Source: an uncultured Chloroflexia bacterium (GTDB lineage: Bacteria; Chloroflexota; Limnocylindria; Limnocylindrales; CSP1-4). From it: 64,000 nucleotides of DNA. Of the stretch, positions 56,589-64,000 are shown in pieces (within the stretch, counting starts at the first letter, position 1; each line of letters opens with the position of its first letter). Below the pieces are notes generated by a model. The model was not told where the DNA came from and ran no database searches. It saw only the letters and a program-made list of their open reading frames with translations. Location: positions 1,152,001 to 1,216,000 of the forward strand of contig CAVVJT010000010.1 of assembly GCA_963748625.1 (NCBI GenBank), in the 5' to 3' direction. The position numbers and the translations under genes were made by a program.

Positions 56589-58429
56589 CTACGGGGTGAT
56601 GATCGCGAAGTCCGGGTCGGGCTGGTCCAGCAGGCCCAGGAGACGCTGCAGCACCGCGGGATCGCCTTCGAGCGCGACGCCCTCGAGGCTTCCGCCGAGG
56701 ATGCCGGGCAGGGCTGCCGCCGGCATACGCAGGACGAGATCCGCACCTGCCACCGGCGCCCGGCGATGGACGAGGACCCCGTTGCGCAGCTCCAGGTGGA
56801 ACGCGGCGCCGGTGTCGACAAGCTCAACGCCGATGCTGAGGTGCTGGTCCCAGGCGAGCGGCCCGTTCACGCGGATGGCGATCGCATCGAAGACCTGCTC
56901 GGGCGAGAGCGCCTGCATCATGTCGCCGGCCACGGACACCGGCGTCCCGAACGACCCGTGGCGCAGCTCCGCGGCCCCGGCGAGGTAGAAGTTGCGCCAG
57001 GTGCCGTTCTCGCACCCGAAGCCGAGCTGCTCCAGGGTGTCGGCCTGCAAGCGCGCGCGCCGCGGCATGCGTCGGGTCGGCGAAGATCGCGTGGTCCAGC
57101 AGCGTCGGCCGCCCAGCGCAAGTCGCCCTCGTCGAAGGCCGCCTGTGCGAGCTCGACGACCCGGTCGATGCCGCCGATCGCCGCGACGTAGCGCGTCGCC
57201 TGCGCCTCGGGCGGGTGCTGCCAGAGGCGCGCCGGGTTGCCGTCGAACCAGCCCATGTAGCGCTGGTAGATCGCCTTGACGTTGTGGCTGACCGAGCCGT
57301 AGTAGCCGCGGGCGTGCCACGCCTGCTCGAGCGCCGGCGGCATCTGGAAGATCTCGGCGATCTCGGCGCCGGTGAGGCCCTGGTTGAGCAGGCGCAGCGT
57401 CTGGTCGTGCAGGTAGGCGTAGAGGTCGCGCTGCTCGGCCAGGAAGTCGACGATGCCGCTCGCGGCCCCACGTCGGCCAGTGGTGCGAGGCGAACACGAC
57501 GTCGGTCCGGTCGCCGAACAGGTCGATCGCCTCGGTGAGGTAGCGCGACCAGATCCGTGCGGGTCGCGGACCAGCGCGCCGCGCAGCGTCAGGAGGTTGT
57601 GCAGGGTGTGGGTCGCGTTCTCGGCCATGCACAGCGCGCGGCAGCTCCGGGAAGTAGAAGTGCATCTCGGCCGGCGCCTCGGTGCCCGGGCGCCATCTGG
57701 AACTCGATCTCGACGCCGTCGACGCGTCGTGCGTCTCGCCGGTGGCGGTGATGTCGTGTCGGTCGGGACGATCAGCGCGACCGTCGCCGGTGGACGTGGT
57801 CTGCGCCGAGGCCCGCGCCGACCTGGCCCTGCGGCCCGCGCTCCAGCACGGCGCCGTACATGTAGCCCGCCCGGCGCGTCATCGCGGTGCCCGCGTAGAC
57901 GTTCTCCGCGACCGCGTGCTCCATGAACCCGTCCGGCGCGAGGATCGGCGCACCGGCCCGGCGTCCACGTCCTCCTGCGTCGTCACGCCCCGGACGCCGC
58001 CGAAGTGGTCGACGTGGCTGTGGGTGTAGATCACGGCGACGACCGGGCGATCGCCGCGGTGCTCGCGGTACAGCGCGAGCGCCGCCGCGGCCGTCTCGGT
58101 CGAGATCAGCGGGTCGATGACGATGCACGCCGGTGTCGCCCTCGATGAAGCTGATGTTCGACAGGTCGAGGCCGCGCACCTGGTAGATGCCGGGCACCAC
58201 CTCGAACAGGCCCTGTCGATCGCGTCGAGCTGCGACTGGCGCCACAGGCTCGGGTTGACCGTGGCCGGCGCGTCGCCGTCGAGGAACCGCGTAGCTCGTC
58301 GTTGTCCCAGACCACGCGCCCGTCGGCGGCGTGGACGACGCACGGGTCGAGGCGGCCGATGAACCCTCGGTCGGCATCGTCGAAGTCCGTCGTGTCGTCG
58401 AACGGCAGCGACGTGGTGGAGCTGGTCAT
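56589..58429 (-). pseudogene. Alkyl/aryl sulfatase (SdsA1/BDS1-like MBL fold), heavily frameshifted
   Basis: DFDDADRGFI, NPSLWRQS, YQVRGLDLSN, YTHSHVDHFGG, HNLLTLRGA, FASHHWP, RGYYGSVSHN and an SCP2-like C-terminus, scattered over many frames. Confidence 0.8.
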
Positions 58430-58492
58430 GATGGAGATCTCCCCTCGTGGCGGTCGGTGTCGGCACGCCCCTGTCGTGGACAGTCTGCCCTG

Positions 58493-59512
58493 TCAGGCAT
58501 CGAAGGTCACGGACATCCCCATCCCAGTGTCGGGGAGAGGCAACGTTGCGGCCTCCACCTCCACGGCGTCGCGCTCGACCGCGCTGAGCTCGCGCCAGGA
58601 CCGGATCGTCATGCGCCTCCCCGACCGGCGCCACGAGCCCGCCAACTCCCCCGCCACCATCAGGCCGCCCGGCCAGACGGTTCCCGACGGCCAGAGCTCG
58701 CGGCGGCGCGCATCGTCGGGCACCAGCAGCGCCCGGTCGTGCGCGACGAGGTAGGGGTCACCGCTCGAGAGAATGCGGGCAAGAGCGGGCGGCGAGGGCT
58801 CGAGGGCCGTCACCGCCTGTTCGTCCCGGGCGAGCAGCCAGGCGGCGCCCAGCGGCGTGCGGACTGGGACAAGCTCGTCACCCAGGGCCGCCAGGACCGC
58901 CTTCACCGCGCGCGGTGCGAGGCCCATGAACCACCCGATCCCTTCGCCGGTGGCAGGCCCGCACACGTGGAGGTACCGGCGGGCCAGCTCCAGGCGTGCC
59001 GTGAACGGGTCCATCTGCGGTTCCTCGACCGCCCACACCAGCGGCTTGCGGGCGCCGTCCCAGCGGACCAGGATCCTGCCGGTCGCACCCGTGTACCGGA
59101 GCGATCCCGGATCCACGCCAATCCGCCGCCCCGCCGTCGAGTACTCCTCCCGCCCTCCTGCCAGGTACGCCTCGAGCCGGTCAGCCAGGTCAATCGCACG
59201 GGCCCGGCGGGCTGCCTCGTCGGGCATCGTCGCGCGCGTGAACACCGGCCGATCCTCCGCCGCCACGACGAAGACGGCAAACCGCGGCCCCCAGACCTGG
59301 ACAAGGGCGGGATCGTCCCAGGCATCCGGGGCCACACCCTCGATCCGCGCGTGGAGTGCCAGCACGGCCGCGCGGGGCACGCTGTCCTGCAGGCCAGACC
59401 AGGCTGCAGTCCGGAGGGCGGCCGGCCCGTGCGGGAGGCGCTCGTCGAGCGCGCCGATCCGCCTGCGGTGGCCGAGGATGCGCGGGCGGTCGAGCCGGAG
59501 CTCAGCCGGCAT
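58493..59512 (-). CDS. Winged-helix (HTH_42) AlkZ-like DNA glycosylase
   Basis: GLQDS, LHARI, LVQVWGPR, ELARRYL..GPAT, DPYL and GELAGSWRR. Confidence 0.8.
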   Translation of the reverse strand: MPAELRLDRPRILGHRRRIGALDERLPHGPAALRTAAWSGLQDSVPRAAVLALHARIEGVAPDAWDDPALVQVWGPRFAVFVVAAEDRPVFTRATMPDEAARRARAIDLADRLEAYLAGGREEYSTAGRRIGVDPGSLRYTGATGRILVRWDGARKPLVWAVEEPQMDPFTARLELARRYLHVCGPATGEGIGWFMGLAPRAVKAVLAALGDELVPVRTPLGAAWLLARDEQAVTALEPSPPALARILSSGDPYLVAHDRALLVPDDARRRELWPSGTVWPGGLMVAGELAGSWRRSGRRMTIRSWRELSAVERDAVEVEAATLPLPDTGMGMSVTFDA

Positions 59513-61724
59513 CGGCCCCGGCACCTGCGGCTAGGGCGGCCTCGCCGGCGGGCCCGGCAGCAGCATCAGCACCATCGGCAACGGCAGCGTCGACAATGGC
59601 ACCGGCAGTGGCAGTGGCAGCACCATCGGCAACGGCAGCGTCGGTGGCCATCACGTTGAGCACCGTCCGCCACGACACGGCAACCACGCCGAGCGCAGGC
59701 ACCACCAGCAGCATGCCCAGGATGCCAGCGATCGTGGACCCGATCGGGATGGCGAGGAGGACGATGGCCGGGTGCAGGTGGACCGTCTTGCCGTACACGA
59801 TCGGGCTCACGACGTTGCCGGTCACGATGTTGAACACCAGCGTCCAGAGCGCCATGATCGCGATGTCCGTCGGTGAGCCGGTGGCGATCGTGAGCAGGAG
59901 CGCGACCCCGGTGGAGATGAACCCGCCGACGTACGGGATGAAGCACAGGAAGAACGAGAGCACGAACACGGGCAACGCCAGCGGGATGCCCAGGAGCACC
60001 ATGATCACCAGCTGGCTCGCAGCTCCGACGAAGGAGATCGCTGCAGTCCCGTACATGTAGCCACCGAGCACCTCGAAGGCGCGCGTCCCGGTCGCCTGGA
60101 CCTCGGCCGCCTGCCCGCCGCGGACGTGTCCCATGAGATGCGCCCAGAGCCTGTCGCCGTCGCGCAGGAAGTAGAAGCTGAGCAGCGTCGCCAGGACCGC
60201 GACGACCACTGCGCTTGCGATGTCCTGGGCGACGGCCGCAATGGCATACGAGCCCTCCGCGCCGATCTGGCGGATCGCCTCGACAAGGAGCGCCAGGTTG
60301 CCCCCGCTCGCCGCATCCGTGCGTTGGGCACCCTCGACGACGCCGTCCGCGAGGCGGACGGCCTCCTGCGTCAGCACGCCGACAGCCAGCAGGAGGAGGA
60401 CGAAGACGATGAGCAGCGTTCCACCGAGCGCCAGGCCGATGGCCTTGCCGCGCGCCCGTCCCCGCAGCTGCAGCCAGCGAACGATCGGCGAGAACGTCGC
60501 CGCGAGGATGACCCCAAGCACCACCGGCACCACCACGAGCGGGACGGTGACCACCATGACCACCATGAGGGCGACAAGCCCCAGGCCCGCAAGCAGCCGC
60601 CAGCTCCACTGCGCGATCCGGTCGAGCCAGGCGGGCACGAGGCCGGGCAGCTCGGGCGGGTCGTCCGGCTCCAGCACCTCAACCACGGCCGATGCCACGG
60701 CGAGCACCACGGCCAGCAGGGGCACCGCGGCGAAGAGGCCGATGATGCCGGCGACCTGGAAGCCGGCGGGCAGTGCGATCAGCACCAGTGCCGGGTGGAG
60801 GCTCACGCTGCGCCCGTACACCGACGGGCGGATCGCATACGCCATGAACACGTTGCGGACCGCGATGAGGCCGAGCATGATCACCGCGGCCGTGGTGCCC
60901 AGGGATCCGTAGGTCACGACCAGCACGATCAGCGTGGTGAGGATCCCGCCGAAGTACGGGATGTAGCCCGCGAGGAACACCAGCAGCGAGAGGGGCACCG
61001 CGAGCGGCACACCGAGCAGGACCATGAAGACCAGGTCGGTCAGGGCGACGATCGCCGAGAGCACCGTGGTCCCCACCAGGTAGCCGCCGACCCGCGAGAG
61101 TGCCTCCTCGCCCGCGCCGGTCATGTGCGCCTGCTTCTCGACCGGCATCGCCTGCAGGCACCAGGCCCAGGCGCGGTCGCCGTCACGCAGCAGGAAGAAC
61201 ACGAGGAACGTCGCCAGCACCAGGCTCGTCACCACCCCGGCGGCCGACGCGAAGGCGTTGGAAAGGACTCCGCTCACGACGGACCCGACGACTCCCGCCA
61301 GCCCCGCCACCAGGTCGCCGGTGACCGGCGGCAGGCCCAGGGCTGCGATGTCCGCCTGGAGGTCGGCCGCCGAGGCCTGGGTCTCCTCGATGACGGACAC
61401 GATGTAGGGCAGGAAGGCGATGGCGAGCACCACCAGGAGCAGGGTCACCGCCCCCATGCCGGCGGCCCACACGATCCCCGCCGCCGCCGATCGGGAGCGG
61501 CCCATCGCCCGCAGGTGCCGCGTGGCCGGCACGAGCACCGCCGACACGACCACCGCGACCGCGACCGCGGCCGTGACGGTGGCCAGCAGCGAGAGCAGGA
61601 ACCAGGCAACGCCGAGCAGGCTGGTGACGACCAGCAGGCGCCACGAGAGCGCAGCGAGGTTGGCCAGCCACGGCGGAACGAGTCCGACGTCGTCGGTCGT
61701 GCCGGTGCCCCGCGTCTGGGTCAT
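59502..61724 (-). CDS. AI-2E family transporter, tandem double-domain fusion
   Basis: Two repeats of VPxWL..A.WSWRLL / F.FL.RDGDR.W / IPY.GG / YG..V.LHPA. Confidence 0.88.
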   Translation of the reverse strand: MTQTRGTGTTDDVGLVPPWLANLAALSWRLLVVTSLLGVAWFLLSLLATVTAAVAVAVVVSAVLVPATRHLRAMGRSRSAAAGIVWAAGMGAVTLLLVVLAIAFLPYIVSVIEETQASAADLQADIAALGLPPVTGDLVAGLAGVVGSVVSGVLSNAFASAAGVVTSLVLATFLVFFLLRDGDRAWAWCLQAMPVEKQAHMTGAGEEALSRVGGYLVGTTVLSAIVALTDLVFMVLLGVPLAVPLSLLVFLAGYIPYFGGILTTLIVLVVTYGSLGTTAAVIMLGLIAVRNVFMAYAIRPSVYGRSVSLHPALVLIALPAGFQVAGIIGLFAAVPLLAVVLAVASAVVEVLEPDDPPELPGLVPAWLDRIAQWSWRLLAGLGLVALMVVMVVTVPLVVVPVVLGVILAATFSPIVRWLQLRGRARGKAIGLALGGTLLIVFVLLLLAVGVLTQEAVRLADGVVEGAQRTDAASGGNLALLVEAIRQIGAEGSYAIAAVAQDIASAVVVAVLATLLSFYFLRDGDRLWAHLMGHVRGGQAAEVQATGTRAFEVLGGYMYGTAAISFVGAASQLVIMVLLGIPLALPVFVLSFFLCFIPYVGGFISTGVALLLTIATGSPTDIAIMALWTLVFNIVTGNVVSPIVYGKTVHLHPAIVLLAIPIGSTIAGILGMLLVVPALGVVAVSWRTVLNVMATDAAVADGAATATAGAIVDAAVADGADAAAGPAGEAALAAGAGADAG

Positions 61725-61874
61725 GGGCCCTCCATCACTCGCGACTGGTCTGCCGCTGCTGCGCAGGGTATGGCACACGGCGTCCCTGCGGTAGCAGGAC
61801 CTGCACTGGCCGCGGCCGGCAGCCTGCATGCGACCCGGGTGCCCGACCCGGCCCCCGACCACCTGCGGCAGATC

Positions 61875-64000
61875 CTAGCTGCGGGTCACCTGCAGGCCGG
61901 TCTGGGACACCGAGAGGTCCACGAACCGCGCGCGCGGATTGGGGGGATCGGACGCGAGCGTGTGCTTGATCCGGCGCGCCGCCTCGTCGTCGCGGGCCAG
62001 CATCAGCAGGTAGCCGCCGCCGCCCGCGCCCAGCAGCTTGGCCGCCGCGAGCCACGGCGCGACGCGGGCGAGGATCGCCTGGACCTCGGGCGTGCTGGTA
62101 CCCGGGTCCAGCTGCTGGTTGAGAACCCAGGCGCGGTCGATCACGCGCGCGAACCGCTCGTAGTCACAGCGCTGGAACGCGTCAACGGCGGCGGCGGCGT
62201 TCGCCCCGATCGCCTGGAGCGTGTCGATGTGGGCTGGCGCGTTGAGGAAGATGCCCCGCACGACCTCCTGGAGGATTCCCTTCGCCATGCGGGTGAGCCC
62301 CGTGTAGTAGAGGAGGACCGACCGATTCGCGTAGGCCGGACCCAACAGCTCTTCGGGCAGCCAGCGCAGCAGCGGCCGCTGGGCGAGACCCGGCGACGTC
62401 TCCACCAGCTTGATCCCGCGGAAGATCCCGCCCGCCTGGTCCTGCCAGCCGCCGCCGGTGGTGACGAGCTGCTCGAGGGCGAGCGTCCGGGTGAACAGCA
62501 CACTGTGGTCCCAGCCCAGGCCGCACAGGTCGCCCAGCGCGGCCAGGAGCGTTGCCGCGAGCACGCTGCTGGTGCCCAGTCCCGATCCCTTGGGCACGGC
62601 GCTGAGCATCGAGAGCTCGATCCCCCCACCGAACGCCAGGAGCTGGTCGCGCAGGGAAGCCGCGGCGGGTCCGCCGTTGAACGCCGGCAGGAACCCGGCG
62701 AGCGCCAGCGCCGCCTTGGCCAGGCCGAACTCGCTGCCCGGCTGGGCGAACGTGCCGAGCTCCTCCCAGGTCCGGACCCGGGCCTCCACGCCCAGGTCGA
62801 TGGACCGCAGCACGATCTCGGGTGTTGCCGCCGTCCGCACGAAGACCTGGATCGGCGGCTGGCCGTTGAGGTCCACGGCGACATTGACGACGCGCCCGCC
62901 GTACTGGATGCAGTAGGGCGGCGTGTCCGTCCAGCCCCCGGCCATGTCGAGGCGCACGGGGCTGCGCGCCCACACGATCTGGTCGTCCATGATGTCGCGC
63001 CGGGGCTGGACCGGCGTCAAGCGGGCCTCACGCACGATGAGGTCGCGCAGGCGGCCGAAGGCGGCATCCTCACGCGCCTGCCAGCCCTCCTGGCCCCGGT
63101 GCCGCATGACGGCCGAGCGGAACATCTCGGAGTGGACCGGGTTGAGCGGCTCGAACGGATCGCTGCCGTCGTCGTCGGCCGGGAGTGGCAGATCGCTCTG
63201 GGCGAACAGGCCGGCAGTGGACTCGAGGTCAAGCCGGTAGAACACGCTGCGCTCGGCGTGGGCGAGCATCGGTCCCAAGGCGGCCTGCGCGAGGGCGCGG
63301 CGCTGGTCGAGGAGGCGGCGCACGTCCGCGCGCTCCCCGAGGGCGGCCGCCGAGAGCCGGTCGGACGTGCGCCACCGCTCGGTGAGCGCCGTGTCGGGGA
63401 TCGGGGGCGGCGTGCACATCCAGGCGATGAGCTCGCCCGCCCCGTCCACGGCGTCCACGACCGGGAACAGCGGCGCATCGTGGATGTCCAGCGCCGGGAT
63501 CGAGGCCGGCCGACAGGAATGTCAGACCGCGCGCCGTGAGCCAGTCCGCGACGGGCTCCCCGAACCACCCGGTCGCAGCATCGCCCAGCGCACCCGAGAA
63601 CGGGTCGTCGATGCCGTAGGGGCGCAGGCACCAGCGATCCCGATCGAGGGGCACGACGTCCAGGCAGGTGCCCGGCCGCAGGTCCAGCGCCCATGCGTTG
63701 TCCGGGATGCCGGTGAGGACATGGCTGTCGCCCAGGCGCCAGCCCGACGGGATCACGCTGTTCTCGATCCACAGCGTGTGGTTCACATCGGGGCGCAGCG
63801 GCACCTCGATACGTGCGTTCTGCTGATGGATGTCAGGGTGGTGGCGGGCCCCGGTGAGCCCCAGGCTCGGCCCATCGAACACCAGGTTCTGCAGCGCCGA
63901 CGTGGACTCGATCAGCTGGCGGCTCGACCCGAAGTGGTGGAAGGTCGCGTCCGGCAGGCGGACGACCCCGGAGGTGAGGCCGGCCAGCGCCGGGTCGGGC
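61875..64000 (-). CDS. fkp: Bifunctional fucokinase / L-fucose-1-phosphate guanylyltransferase (5' part outside window, frameshift ~63490)
   Basis: FHHFGSSRQLI, IENS, LTGIPDN, DQIVWARSPVRLDMAGGWTDTPPY, PKGSGLGTSS, GGGWQDQ and KLLGAGGGG. Confidence 0.88.

Noticed and set aside
60126-63539. 1137-aa + strand ORF, and many similar long antisense ORFs
   Set aside because: Shadow frames of clear - strand genes (AI-2E, fkp), with Arg/Gly/Pro-rich composition and no motifs.

Overview
Very GC-rich bacterial chromosomal window. A high-GC Chloroflexota/Actinomycetota-like source is my inference from gene content, not something I could test. 1-19.6 kb looks like core genome: PIG-L deacetylase, Bcp, thiamine pyrophosphokinase, YbaK, an HTH-multiGAF-GGDEF cyclase, a LysM lipoprotein, a C26 glutamine amidotransferase, a polar amino-acid ABC transporter, a WYL/CAP/HD-dNTPase cluster and an M23 peptidase. 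It ends at a tRNA-Arg(UCG) gene (19608-19683). Downstream is an accessory region. Its most notable structure is a series of copies of the tRNA 3' end (CCCTCCGGGCGCGCCA). The distal copies are preceded by a conserved non-tRNA motif (TTGTTGYTCCTGCGCG), and three copies (including the tRNA itself) are followed by IS481-like ends. They split the region into cassette-like blocks whose genes all point back at the tRNA, and no integrase is present in the window. Other notable items: an 88-nt rod-shaped sRNA candidate with a near-consensus promoter, a 6C-like sRNA candidate, a DnaA-box cluster, a dispersed ~130-bp MITE/REPIN family, a large secreted protein with two pore-forming-like beta-hairpins, many apparently leaderless genes, and a Bacteroides-type Fkp fucose-salvage gene at the right edge. 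Many genes carry small frameshifting indels, most likely long-read consensus errors. All family assignments come from motif recognition by eye, not database searches.
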